NCBI GenBank assembly: GCA_964016885.1
Contig: OZ024747.1
Coordinates: 27,218,001-27,282,000 of the forward strand
Reading direction: 5' to 3'
Source: Eledone cirrhosa
Lineage: Eukaryota
DNA length: 64,000 nucleotides
The notes under the pieces are model-generated. The model saw only the letters and a list, made by a program, of their open reading frames with translations. It had not been told where the DNA came from and made no database searches. Positions 1 to 17,117 of this stretch are shown one piece after another. The position numbers were made by a program, and so were the translations under genes. Every line of letters begins with the position of its first letter. Position 1 is the stretch's first letter.

Positions 1-2420
<2,420 letters not shown>

Positions 2421-2974
2421 TGGTCGGGTCGTTGGCGACTAAACTGGCAACCCCACCAAGGTTTCTTGGTGAGGAGGGTGACTTTGGACATCCTGCAGGA
2501 CTAAAAACAAAACCTGTCAAAGGGCAAAGGAGCTCTTAAGAGTCAATGGCCATCCAAAATCACCGGGAGAGATGACCCCTTAGCCTTTGTCAAGGCAGAA
2601 TTCTAGGAGAAGGAAAACTCTGATATAACACCTGCAACCCTGATGGTATCCAATGATGTTGACTTGTTCTTCTTTTTGGTAAATATCATCTTGGTTAAGA
2701 GAGTGGGACTGGCTTTGTGCAGTGCCTTTGCTCACTATAAAAGCTCCACGGCACAGGCATTGCTTTATATCTGGAGATCTCTCTGCACTTGTCGTCACAT
2801 GGTACCATGGGCCCAGCACTATGTGTCAGTAATTGTCACAAGTGTAGTGTTTGTACCAGAGTTTTCAAGTCGCTGGCTGGACTAAAAAGTCACACTCGTT
2901 CAGCGCATCGGTAGGGGTTCTCCTACATGGATATAAAGTAGTGGCCGTACTCGAAAACGAGTTGGCAGCCACCA
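2421..2974 (+). mobile_element. Short non-autonomous RTE-like retroelement (putative 5' UTR plus C-terminal C2H2 zinc-finger 3' end), inserted in (TA)n
   Basis: 2840-2914 translates to [24 protein letters not shown] (C-x2-C...H-x4-H), as at RTE ORF C-termini. The upstream part is GC-richer, lacks RT motifs and resembles RTE 5' UTRs. (TA)n on both sides. Confidence 0.6.
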
Positions 2975-3779
<805 letters not shown>

Positions 3780-3780
<1 letters not shown>

Positions 3781-4047
3781 TAATATAAGATCAAAAGATG
3801 GTTAAAGGAGTTCAATATATTTTATTATGCGCATTTCAAAAACAAACATCATCAAACAATAATATTTGTGTTTTCATCAGATAAAACATGATATGAAGGC
3901 TAAAATGCGCATAATAAAATATATTGAACTCCTTTAACCATCTTTTGATCTTATATTATGCATACTCCAGTCCCACAAACTGTAGAGTGCTTCTTATCCG
4001 ATATCTGCATTGCTTTATTGTACTACAATAAAACTCACCTCCTACAT
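3780..4047. mobile_element. Putative Penelope-like element pseudo-LTR remnant (inverted partial LTR with hammerhead)
   Basis: Perfect 57-bp inverted repeat 3780-3836/3903-3959, hammerhead motif on minus strand, 88-nt extension of the plus-strand arm, (TA)n on both sides. Confidence 0.55.
3817..3889 (-). ncRNA. Minimal type I hammerhead ribozyme
   Basis: Minus strand: AUGUUUUAU-CUGAUGA-[16-bp stem II, 1 mismatch, 3 G.U, 4-nt loop]-GAAA-UGCGCA-UA^-AUAAAAUAU. Stem I is 9 bp; stem III AUGCGCAU is palindromic. Confidence 0.75.
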
Positions 4048-5782
<1,735 letters not shown>

Positions 5783-6971
5783 AGATACCTCGATCTGACA
5801 TCTGCTGGTCCCTAAGGAAGCTGGGTGTTGAGGAATTGCTTTTGAGGACAGTGCAAGCTTTGTACAGAGGTGCTGTCAGTAAAGTGATGATAGCAATGGA
5901 GTTTAGCGAGGAATTTCAGATACAAGTAGGTGTACATCAGGGTTCGGTCCTCAGCCCACTCTTGTTCATCATAGTCCTCCAAGCCATAACAGAGGAGTTT
6001 CAGACCGGTTGTCCATGGGATCTTCTCTATGCTGACGATCTGGTAGAGGAGCTAGAGAATAAATTCTGGCTATGGAAACAACAGTTGGAATCAAGAGGAC
6101 TGTGAGTAGAAAAGGGGACAAATCTCTGATTCCGTCAAGGAAATGGCCATGTTCGATATGCAGAAAAGTATCTGGCATCAATTCTATGAAATGTACACAA
6201 TGCAGATCTTGGGTACACAAGAGATGTAGCGGGATAGCAGGGAAACTAACAGGTAGGGAGAAATATGTATGCAGTAGATGTACAGGGAAATTAGACAGTA
6301 GAAGTTGCATTGATAGACACATTTTTCAAATGCAGGCAGTGCAATAGAAGTGGTGGGTAGCTTCCGCTACCTAGGAGATCAGATTAGCATGGGTGGGGGG
6401 TGTTCCAAGGCCATAGTATCTAGAATAAGGACGGGTTGGAAGAAGTTTAGGGAGCTGCTTCCTCTGCTGACGAAGAAGGGTTTCTCCCTGCATACGAAAG
6501 GCCGTTTATATGATGCCTGTGTGAGGAGCGCGATGCTGCATGGTAGTGAGACATGGGCAGCAACTGCAGAGGATATGCGATGGCTAGATAGAAATGAGGT
6601 AAGCATGCTCCGTTGGATGTGCAGTGTATATGTGCGTGAACGACCCAGCATAAATGTGTTGAGAGAGAAACTGTCTGAGAGGGATAGAATGTAGTGTGCG
6701 AGAGAGGAGACTGAGGTGGTATGGACATGTGATGCGCATGGAGTATGACCGATGGGTGAAGAAGTGCCAGGAATTGCCAGTTGAGGGAAGACGTGGTAGA
6801 GGTAGACCACGAAAAAGATGGGCGGAGGTGGTGAGAACAGACCTCAGATAGCTGAAGCTCACAGTGGAGATGACGAAGGACCGTGACAAGTGGAGAGATA
6901 CTGTGCTGAATAAGACCTGTCCCACCCTTGCAAGCAGGGAAAAGCAGACGTAAAATGATGATGATGATGAT
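5783..6971 (+). mobile_element. 5'-truncated RTE-clade LINE (RT C-terminal half, PHD finger, 3' tail), disrupted
   Basis: [26 protein letters not shown]...CTQCRSWVHKRC...CSRC, FRYLGD, LHGSETW in successive frames; (ATG)n tail at about 6954-6971. Confidence 0.92.
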
Positions 6972-7074
6972 ATGTATGTATTTATGTATGTAAATATATA
7001 TGTATATGTATGTATATATGTGTATATATATGTACCCTCCTACCCCAGATTTCATCCTCTACTGCCTCCCCACC

Positions 7075-8275
7075 CTTCCAATGAACTTCATAATTTCAAA
7101 GGTGGTTCTATCAACATAGGCACAATGAAAGGATGATCAGGTGATATTGTAGAGTTGCTTGAACGAAAGAAAGTTGATATATGCTGTGTACAAGAGACTA
7201 GATGGAGGGGAATGTCCATCAGGGCTCTGTCCCTAGTTCGCTTCTGTTTATTATTGTCCTACAGGCTATACCAGATGAGTTTAAGAGTGGCTGCCCATGG
7301 GAATTTTGTATGCAGATGAACTAACCCTCATAGCTGAATCTATGAAAGGATTAGAAAAGAAATTCCAAACCTGGAAGCATGGCCTTGAATCAAAAGGTCT
7401 CAAAGTTAACTTGTCAAAAACTAAAATCCTAGTATGTAGAAAGGAAAATAGGGCCCAGATCTGCCCAGGGATATGGCCTTGCTCAATGTGAAGGAAAGGA
7501 GTAGGTAGAAATTCCATCCTATGTTCCAAATGCAATCTATGGGTACATAAAAGATGTAGTGGGATCATAGGCAGGCTATCGAAAAATGTAGATTTTATAT
7601 GCGGCCGATGCATAGGGGCAGTAAGTAGCAAGTGCCCACTGGATATTAGCTCTTTCAAATGCCCAGAGGGCTCTGTAGAAATAGTTGACAGTTTCCGTTG
7701 CCTGGTTGATCAAATCAGCAGTGGAGAAGGGTGTTCTGAAAGTACAGTAGCTAGAGTAAGAACATGATGAAGAAAGTTCAGGGAGCTATACCACTGCTAG
7801 TTACAAAAGGTTTTTCTCTTAAAATAAAGGGCAGATTGTATGATGAATGTATACAAACAGCAATGTTGTATGGTAGTGAGACCTGGGCACTGTGTGCAGA
7901 AGACCTGTGAAGATTGGAAAGAAATGAAGCCTGCATACTTAAATGGACGTGTAATAGTAATATGCACATACAGCAAAGTGTAAATGAACTGGGAGAGAAA
8001 TTGCGCATATGAGGGATCAGATGCAGTATGCTAGAGAGGAGATTGCGTTGGTATGGTCATATGATTCATGACCTTACACTTCCCATGCTCCAATACCCAC
8101 CCACCGACTTCTGTTCACACCACCCTTACACTGCAAAGTTGTTTGTTGGTATCACAAAAAAAGCATCCAGCCCACACTGTAATGTGGTTGTGTAGGTATT
8201 GTGATAAAAAGCACCCAGCCCACACTGTAAAGTGGTCATGTAGGTGTAACAACAAAAAGCACCCAACCCGCACAT
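7075..8275 (+). mobile_element. Internally deleted RTE LINE (endonuclease N-terminus fused to RT C-terminal half, plus 3' UTR)
   Basis: About 7100-7210 reads GSINIGTMKG...VDICCVQETRWRG (APE motif), joined at about 7217 to [19 protein letters not shown] and the PHD motif; 3' UTR repeats at 8140-8275. Confidence 0.88.
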
Positions 8276-8284
8276 AATATATAT

Positions 8285-9655
8285 CATCATCATCTTCATC
8301 ATCACCATTTAGCATCTATTTTTCCATTGTAGCATGGGTTAGACAAGTTGTCCTTTTGTGAGATAGGCCAGGTCAGGTGACCATGTTTTGCTCATTCAGA
8401 ACTGATTTTGGTTTGGTTTCTACAGTTGGATACCCTTCCTAATACCCTTCATAACGCACATTTAGAGTGATTACTGGGTGTTTCTTTTTGGGACACCTAC
8501 ACGACCATTTTATTGCGTGGGCTGGGTGGTTTTTGTCATGACACCTACACGACCACTTTACAGTGTGGAATGGGCGCTTTTTGTCATGTCGTCATCTTGA
8601 CCACTTTTCACTGTGGGCTGTAGGCTTTGGTAGGAAGGGTGTGTAGGGATTAGAGATGTGGGTATATAGGCATGTGGGAGGTGTATGGAATTGGAGGTGA
8701 AGATGGTGCATACTATATGTATCCTTCCACCTGTGCTCATACAAAGGCGGGTCCTCTGAATTACTGCATAACACCAGAGATCTCAGTCTTGTGCTTGGCT
8801 ACTGTACCTTCAGAACACCCACCTCCACTGCTAATTTGGTCACCCAGGTGGCAGAAGCTGTCTATTGCTTCTACCAAACCTTCCCAGAATTTAATACCTC
8901 TTGTTTCTTGTTTTCATTTGCTGCTTACTGCTCCAGTGCAATGGCTACATGTAAAACCTACATTCTGAGCTAAACTATCTGAGATCCCACTACATCTCTT
9001 GTGTACCCATGTACCAATAGTTTGCATTTAGGACAGAGGATGGAATTTCTACCTACACCTTTCCTACACACTGAGCAAGGCCATTTCCCCGAGGGGATCA
9101 ATACTCTGTTTTCCCTTCTACTTACTAAGACCTTAGCCTTTGTCAGGTTGACATTAAGACCATTTGTTTTTAAGCCATGCTTCCAGGTTTGGAATTTCTT
9201 CTCTAATTTTGCCATAGATTCAGTTATGAGTGTAAGATCAGCCACATACAAGAGCTCCTTTGGGCAGCTAGTCTTAAACTCCTCTGTTATAGCCTGCAGA
9301 ATGAGGACTAAGAACAGATCCCTGGTGGATGCCAACCTGCATGCTAGATTCCTTGCTATGGTCGTTAATCCTAACTTTGTTGACTGCTTCCCTATACATA
9401 GCTTGTACAACCTTCACAAGCCACTCATATACTAGTTTTCTAAGAGCCGACTAGTTTATGGTATAGAGCACTCTGTCAAAAGCTTTCTCCAGGTAGAGTG
9501 GCTTACTTTTAGCTAGGTACTTCTCCTGTAGCTGTTTCACAAGGAAGAAAGCATCTGTGGTACTTTTGCCTTGCACAAATCTGAACTGCATCTCATCTAG
9601 GTTAACCTAGTCCCTAATCATCTGTGCTATAACTCTTTCTGTTACTTTCATGACC
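8285..9655 (-). mobile_element. RTE LINE fragment with 3' UTR, tail-to-tail with the previous copy
   Basis: ORF 8970-9410: [10 protein letters not shown]...GKWPCSVCRKGVGRNSILCPKC; (TCA)n tail at 8285. Confidence 0.88.
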
Positions 9656-10059
9656 AGTACTCAATACCTGCCTCATTATATCAGGTGTGTGACCTTCAGT
9701 ACTCAATACTTTCTGCATTATATCAGATGTATGTGACCCACAGTACTCAACACCTGTTGCATTATATCTGGTGTGTATTTAACAGCAGCAATTTCAACAA
9801 CAACTATGATTTCTTTATCAGCAACAATAGCTTCAACATAGAATACAAGACACAAGGCTTGTAATTTGGTGGGAGAGGAAAGTTGATTAAATCGATGCCA
9901 GTACTGGACCAGTACTTTAATTTATTGACCCCAGAAGGTTGCAAGACAAAGCTCACCTCAAGATTTGAACTCAGAACATAAAGGACCACAACTAGATGCC
10001 TCAAAGCACTTAATAATGATAAGGGTTTCTTATTTAAGCAAAAGGCCAACAAATTTTGG

Positions 10060-10610
10060 GGAGAGCAAAGTCTATGCATGTCTCCTGCAGCCACTACCCA
10101 TGTTTCACTACCATGCAACATTGCACTTCACACACAGTCATCCTTTTGTATGTAGAGAGAAACCTTTTGTTGTCAACAGTGGGAGTAGTTCTCTAATCTT
10201 CTTCCATCCTATCCTTATTCTATCTATTATGCTCTCAGATACCCTCCTCTACAGCTAATTAAGTCATCTAGATAGCAGAAGCTATCAACCATGCCTATGG
10301 ACCCTTCCTGTGACTTGAAGTGGTTTATATCACTGATGCTCTTCCCCTCGATTACTCTTGTACATCTCCTACATACAAAGTCTTCCTTTCCTGTTAGTTT
10401 ACCTGTTATCCCACTACATCTCTTGTGTAGCCAAGATTTACATTGTGTACACCGTATGGAGTTTATGCCTACTCCTTTTCTACATATTGAGAGGGCCACT
10501 TCCCTGAAGGGATCAGGGTCCTATCTTCTTCTCACTAGCATTTTAGTTTTGGCCAAGCTTACCCTCAGACCCTTTGATTCAAAATTCTGTTTTGATAGAT
10601 AGAACTAATT
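10060..10610 (-). mobile_element. RTE LINE fragment (PHD and thumb region)
   Basis: ICRKGVGINSIRCTQCKSWLHKRC...FCYLDD; MLHGSETW. Confidence 0.88.
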
Positions 10611-11156
10611 TACTAGTTCTTTTATGGATTCAGCTATAAGGACCAAATCATATATTTTAAAAGGTTTTTGTGTGTGTCCATTTCTCTCCCTCTCTCATTT
10701 TTATGTAACAATCTTTTTTTCCTGCATTTTGCCTCACTTCTTATTACTCATTCACTTTCATTTATTATTTGTTCTCTCTCCTTTGCTATGTATTTCTTTT
10801 TTTATACCCTCCACCCACCTCCACTCTCTTCTTTTTCTTTGGACACTGCCTGCAGTTCTTATAATGAACACTCTCTCTTTCTATAGACTGTTTATCATAC
10901 ATCAAAAATTATTTAATTTAAAAAAAAGACAATATGTACATGCACCACATACAATGTCAATATGTGTGAGTGTGTGGAGGAATACAAACTATGCCTTATA
11001 AGACGAATGAGATAGATGCTATCAATCTTGTTGTTGAGGTTGTGGTGGGGTAATGTAGTGGTGGTGGTGACATGGTGTGGGTGTGGTGATTGTGTGGTGT
11101 CTGTTGATGCATTGGTGTGGGGTGTATTATGTGTTTATTATTTGCTAGGTCTAAGG

Positions 11157-11352
11157 GTGGTGGATTGGCAGTATCGGTAAAGCATCTACGCCATGCTTTA
11201 TGATCTGAGTTCAAATCCCACTGAGGTTAACTTTGCCTTTCATCCTTACAGGGTTGATAAAATAAAGTACCAGTTATGCACTGGGGTCGATTTAATCGAC
11301 TTTCTCCTCCCCCAAAATTGCTGGTCTTGTGCCTATATAAGAAATCATTATT
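11157..11352 (+). mobile_element. tRNA-derived SINE, family A (representative of over 20 copies)
   Basis: A-box-like TGGCAGTATCGG, B-box GAGTTCAAATCC, body TTTGCCTTTCATCC..GATAAAATAAAGTACCAG, (ATT)n tail. Other approximate copies: 9830-10000(-), 19730-19890(-), 20600-20770(+), 27890-28320(-), 29840-29950(+), 31193-31373(+), 34815-35005(-), 40770-41200(+, x2), 42050-42260(-), 48030-48185(+). Confidence 0.85.
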
Positions 11353-11354
11353 TG

Positions 11355-11540
11355 CTAGGTCTGGATGTTGGAGCTGTACCCATGACCTTCGTAGGTACTC
11401 TGAGACCAATGAGATTCAAGCTGTTTATATTCAGTGTAAATTGTTACAAGTTGATAGCAGCATCAAAGACGTGGGTAGGGAAAGAATTTCAGAGGGGAGT
11501 TGGACACAATATGAGTAATAAAAGGAAGAAAGAGGAATGA
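11355..11540 (-). mobile_element. CR1-group LINE 3' end fragment
   Basis: Minus strand reads NSFPTHVFDAAINL..F..NIN, typical of CR1/L2-group ORF2 termini; similar to the 3' end of the 39110-39690 copy. Confidence 0.5.
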
Positions 11541-11693
11541 GGTGGGAAAGCCTGAGTGAAGGTGGCATGGCGTCAGCCTGCTCCGAAGAACAGATGTCAT
11601 TATAGTAGATACAGATCGAACCTAGATTTGATCAATAACGAAACGCGCATCACCAATCAATAAACGTAATGAAGGCTTAACAAATCATCCTTG

Positions 11694-11740
<47 letters not shown>

Positions 11741-11743
<3 letters not shown>

Positions 11744-12058
11744 TCATCATCATCACTGTTTTACGTCCGTTCTTCCATGCTAGCATGGGTTAGACGGGTT
11801 GTCCTGTTGTGGGCAGTGTCTGGTCGGCTGACATGCCTTGCTCATACAGGAACTGATTTTGGCTTGATTTCTACAGCTGGATGCCCTTCCTAACACCAAC
11901 CTCATTTACAGTGAGTGCTGGGTGCTTTTTTCCGTGGCGCCCACACGTCCACTTTACAGTGTGGGCTGGGTGCTTTTTTGCCGTGGCACCTCTACGACCA
12001 CTTTGCAGTGGGAGGGTGTGGGGGCATATTGTCTATATGCTTCAGCTTGTACCCATGG
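11741..12058 (-). mobile_element. RTE 3'-UTR-only insertion flanked on both sides by (TA)n
   Basis: (TCA)n tail, CATGCTAGCATGG, GGATGCCCTTCCTAACACCAACC and about 2 units of the 40-bp repeat, as in 32418-32700. Similar copies near 17505-17783(+), 19905-20080(+), 31378-31550(-), 39690-40150(-), 57735-57890(-). Confidence 0.8.
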
Positions 12059-12539
12059 GAATATATATATATATATATATATATACTGCTTTCAATCTCT
12101 AAGTATCTTTCTCCTTGCAGTAGTAGCAGTATCTACATATATACATAAAGGTCTTTAAAAATGTATTTGACTTCATTTTTCTTATGAGAAGTAATGGTGT
12201 TAGGGAAATATAAGTGTGCAGAGTAAAACCGCATACATTCATGCACCTGCATGTTTTTTGACAAGCTCGCTGGATGCATCATTCACTGTCATACATACTA
12301 CATCCTATATATACATATGGCACCATCATATACCCTATATACAACAATATTATAATATCATATATATCACATACTACAATACTATATCATTATATATGCT
12401 ACATGCAACAATGTAGCGTATATCTTGATTATACCATTATATACACTAAATTGGTATTTAACTGGTACTAAACACTGTTTTTCATTCTTAACATTGTTAT
12501 TGGTGCCATTCCAGCAGCTCATCTCTTCCTCCACTGCTT

Positions 12540-13100
12540 CCATGACATACCACTACCATGCAATCCATTCCATACCATGCCCTGCTATTCTATACCACTT
12601 CCATACTATGCCATGCCATATAACTACTATACTATCCATCCCATGTTATGCTTCACCAGACCATACTATGTCATACCATAACATACCACACCATACCATC
12701 CATATCATACCATGTCATACCATACCCCTATTAGTAGAAAAGCTTTACAGAATTTTTCTTACCATTTCCTGTCTTTTAGACCAGACTATGCTACACCATA
12801 CCACATCATACCATACCCTACAATGCCACTATTATATCATACCATCCATACTACTAGCAAACCATGCCATACTTTACTACTATCATACTGTACCATATCA
12901 TACAATACCATACTACTACTATTCCATACCATACCATTTCATAAAATGCCATATCACCCCATGTCATATTATACCACATCGTAACATGTTGTACTGTACC
13001 ATTACACAAGGATACAATACCACACTGTACCACTACTACAACATAAACATGCTATACGGAACAATAACACCATACCATACCACTACCATATCATACCATG
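12540..13100. repeat. Degenerate (CCATA)n-like low-complexity repeat
   Basis: Repeated ccatac/taccat motifs. Confidence 0.75.
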
Positions 13101-13105
13101 TCTTT

Positions 13106-13365
13106 TTAACCCTTTTATTACTATATTTCTAATGAAAGACACTGCCTATGATTTTCCAATAAATTTGAAAATAATCAAGAATTTGAAGGGATTTAGTGAT
13201 ATTATTCATTTTCTCATTATTAAGCTGGTATTTAGAGCCTAACTTAAAGGTACTTAGAAAGAAAAATGGAGGAAGATTTTGGGATAAATACAAACAATTT
13301 AAAATCAAGTGTAGTATTATAGAACCTGGGGCAGTTGCAGATGGCTTGTTTATCAAAAGAGTTAA
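13106..13365. mobile_element. TTAA-flanked MITE (piggyBac-like ends), representative copy
   Basis: TTAA-CCCTTTT...AAAAGAG-TTAA with body TTTCTAATGAAAGACACTGC. Related approximate copies: 24891-25066, 35720-35942, 48958-49195, 58385-58556, 58715-58940, 60740-60986. Confidence 0.65.
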
Positions 13366-13589
13366 CCATCTATCTCTCCAAACCACACCACTATCATGTC
13401 ATTTTATCCTTCTATACCATACACTACTTGTGAAAAATATGAAATTCACAGCTTTCTCTTAAATAGGTTTAACTGGCGTCAAGTAAGGTTGCATCTCATT
13501 GGAGGTTTCTTAGGTGTTTTAATTGTAAAAACCTCATTCCCTTTCAGGTACAGAAAGCCACTCCCAAAAGATGACCTAATGACCACTGT

Positions 13590-15760
13590 CAGGTAACACA
13601 GGGCTGCTACTGTTTATGTTAGCTCATTGAAAGTTAGATCCAGGGAAATTGTGGAGATGCTTGAGAGGAGTCAAGTGGAGTCAATGTGTTGTGTTTAAGA
13701 GGTGAGATAGAGGACTACTCTCCTCAAGCAAACAGTATGGCACTTCTGGGTAAGAAATGATAATGGGATAGGTAAAGTAAGCATTCTACTAAATGAGAAC
13801 TGGATAGATAAGGTTTTCGAGACAATTAAAGTGACAGAATTATCAAACTCGGAATAGTTATAGGCAATAAAATAAGTAATTTTTATCTATGTACCATAAT
13901 CAGGACTAAGCAAAGAACAAAATACCGTTTCTATGAGGAACTCTTACAACTTCAATTATACATGCCTGAGACCTCATCATCTTAGCTGGCAACTTCAATA
14001 GACATGTTGGGCAACACCAGGATGGCTATGCTGGAGTGCAAGGTGGCTATGGTTATGATTGAGGAATGAAGAGTGAACAAGACTCCAAGAATTCTGTGCT
14101 ATAATTGACCTATTTGCAGCACAAACTACAGAAAATCAGCCAACCACCTGATCACTGATCAATCAGGCAAACCACCAGGCCAAATTGACATCTTACTCAT
14201 AAGAAAATACGATAGACAGATAGTTATGAATAGTAAGTCCTTAGTTATTAGTGACATCAGAATAAGCACCAAATGAAACAAGAAATGCAGGAAAATCTGG
14301 AGAAGGAGAAAGTAGAAGCTAAAAGAACTCTGTTAAATCTAGGTTCAGAAAAGTTTGATGGAGCATGTATGATGAAAGGGAGGAGTAATTAGATACATAT
14401 GACTTAGGGAACAACTGGAAGTTCCTACATGACAACCTACTGCAAACTACTGGCAAGACTTGTGGTTGGAGCAAAGTACTAACCAGATGGAGGGTGCCCT
14501 GGTGGGAGAACAGCACTATAGATAGAGCCATTAAAGCTAAGAGGCAGGTGTAGAAAGACTGGAAAAAATGGGGGCAGCAATAATCAGTATTAAGTATCTA
14601 AAAGAGAAGCTAGACATCAAGTATACATAGAAGGTAAATAAGCTGAAAGTAAGTTTGCCAATGTTCTGCAACATGAGGATCAGTATGCCAGTGTGAATTA
14701 GTCTGTTGTTTGGGCAAAAGTGTGTTCTAAATGACACTAGTGCATTCAACAACACTGACACTCAAAAGAAAGTAGCCTGGAAGTACTATTGTGAGTGGTT
14801 GATGAACGTGGAGAATTAATGAAATAAGGGGTACTACCCTCAGTAGATTCAACAGAGGTACCAGCTAACAATGTTGACAGTTATAAGGTCAAAGAACTGA
14901 TCAAGACGAAAAAAGGGTAAAACTGCTGAGCAGTTAGAGTTGTTCGCAAACATGCTGAAATCACCTGGGGAAGGAGCTAAACTAGTCACTCACATAGTCA
15001 ATCAGGTAATACAGGCCGGAGTCATGCCCAATGACTGGTACAGCAGAATGATTGTTGTTACAATGGAAAAGGTGGTGTTCTTGAAAGGATCAACTACAGA
15101 GGCATATAACTGATAGATAGGTGTGAAAGTGACAGAAAAATGTTAGCACAGCTTATTAGGGAAAGTGTCAAATTAGATGAGATGCAGTTTTGTTTTGTGA
15201 AAGGGAGGAGCGCCATAAATGCCCTCTCTTAGTGAGACAACTACAAAGGAAGTTCCTAGCTAAGTGTAAGCCACTATATCTAGCTTTCATTGATCTGGAG
15301 AAGGCTTTTGACGGATAACCACAATCTGTTATTTGGTTGTCCTTAAGGAAACTAGGTGTAGATGAATGGCTTGTGATGGGAAAGGTTCAGGAGCTACTAA
15401 CTCTGTTCATAAAAGGTTTTTCCTATGAGAAAAAGACCAGCTGTGTGATACCCATGTGCAATGCTGCATGGCAGAGAGAGATTGGCAGTGAATGTAAAGT
15501 ATATGTGAAAGCAGGAGAGAAATGAAGTGAGCATGCTTTGATGGATGTGCAATGTTAATGTGTGTGAATCATGGATGAGCTGAGAGAAAAACTGGGTGTA
15601 AGAGGAATTAAATGTATATACAAAAAGTGGTGAGAACTATGCTGAATCTCATAGTGGAAATGATGAAGGAATGCAACAAGTAGTAGAAAGCTGTGCTAGA
15701 AAAGACCCACCCATTCCATGAAAATGTAGAAAACAGATGTACAATAACGATATGATAATG
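13590..15760 (+). mobile_element. Decayed, near full-length RTE LINE (endonuclease plus RT) with internal deletion at about 15375
   Basis: AGNFNRHVG, WWEN, NYRGI, AFIDLEKAFD and LRKLGVDEWLV motifs with many stops and frameshifts; (ATG)n-like tail near 15750. Confidence 0.85.
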
Positions 15761-16179
15761 ATAGTTCCAGTCCTATCTTATGACAACTCACACCTCCTAC
15801 AAGGTTGCATCTAATACCATGTTTCTTGAGTGCTTTACTGATAAGATCCTCAGTTCTATTATGAAAAGCAATGTAAAATAAAAAGTCTTGCTCAAGAACA
15901 TGATGTGTTGTCTGATTCAGGAATCGTCTGATTCAGGAATCACCCATGGCTTAATGATTGTGAATCCAACATCGTAAGTACTAGACCACGTTCCTTCCCA
16001 CACTACCTGTGAACCATTACAGAATCTTTTAAACCATTCCATACCTATTTAACTAGTGAAGACATGACCTAGTGATTAAGGTGTTGGACTCACAGACATA
16101 AGGTTGTTTGTTCGATTCCTGGACTGGGTGGCATATGTTTTTGAGCAAAACTTCATTTCATGCTGCTTTTCATGTTATT

Positions 16180-16655
16180 TCAGGGAACCCTATCCTTAAC
16201 ACTGGAGAAATCTCCTGTGAGATACAACCTTGTAGGCGGTCAACAACATCTACCGAGGTAACAACATGTAGTGTTGATAGGACTGGGCTCCTATCATTAA
16301 AACATCTGCTAAACCTACAAAGATATGAGCTGTAAGAGCAACATATGACTGGGGTCCCAATCATTAAAACATTGAAAGAAACCTCCTATGAGATACAACA
16401 TTGTAGGAGGCCAGCTAAACTTATGTAGGTGTGATCTGTAGCAACAATATGATAGGGTTGGGGCCCCCTATCATTAAAACATTCAAGAAACACCCTGTAA
16501 GATTCAACCTCATAGGAGGCCAGCTATACCTAGAGTGAGCTGTAACATCAGGAACATAATAGGATTGGGGCCCCTATCATTAATACACCTGAGAAACCTC
16601 ATATGAAATGCAACCTCGTAGGAGGCCAGCTAAACCTACATAGGTGTGAGCTGCA
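16180..16655 (+). repeat. Tandem repeat of about 115-120 bp units (about 4 copies), from a dispersed family
   Basis: Repeated CTATCATTAAAACA...GAGATACAACC..GTAGGAGGCCAGCTAAACC. Also at 48625-48930 (+) and 41805-41895, 13480-13530 (-). Confidence 0.75.
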
Positions 16656-16699
16656 AATTCATTTTTTTTTCTTTCCCTCACTCATACCATATCTATGTT

Positions 16700-17030
16700 A
16701 GTCTCCATCTCTAGCTCCTCTCTCTTTATCTCTCTATCTCTATCTACTTATCCCTATCCTCTTTTCTCTCTCCATCTCTCCTTAACTTCTACTCTCTCTA
16801 TCTCTCTCTCACTATCTTTTTACCTTCTTCTCTCTCTGTATCTCTGTCTCTCTAAGCCTCTATCTCTGTCTCTCTAAGCCTCTATCTTCTCTGTATCTCT
16901 GCCTCTTTCTATCCCTCCCTCCATCTCCTCTCTCTATCTCTATCCCTCTTCCCTCTCCTCATATCTATCCAGCTCTCTTCTCTGTATCTAACTCTCTACC
17001 CTCTCCATACCTCTCTCACCTCTCCTCCTC
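16700..17030. repeat. CT-rich low-complexity tract
   Basis: Direct reading. Confidence 0.85.
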
Positions 17031-17117
17031 CATGCCTGCCAGGATCAACTCTGTTGAAAATCAATACATGCAATCAATTTTCCTCTTGTTGCTACTGCAT
17101 CATTGAACTAGGTCAGT

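Noticed and set aside
11157-11230. tRNA gene
   Set aside because: A/B boxes belong to a high-copy SINE head; no cloverleaf or poly-T terminator
11560-11698. Possible second hammerhead (hairpin GATCGAA..TTTGATC followed by CGAAACGCGCATC) next to (TA)n
   Set aside because: No CUGANGA in position and no stem I pairing; at most a decayed remnant
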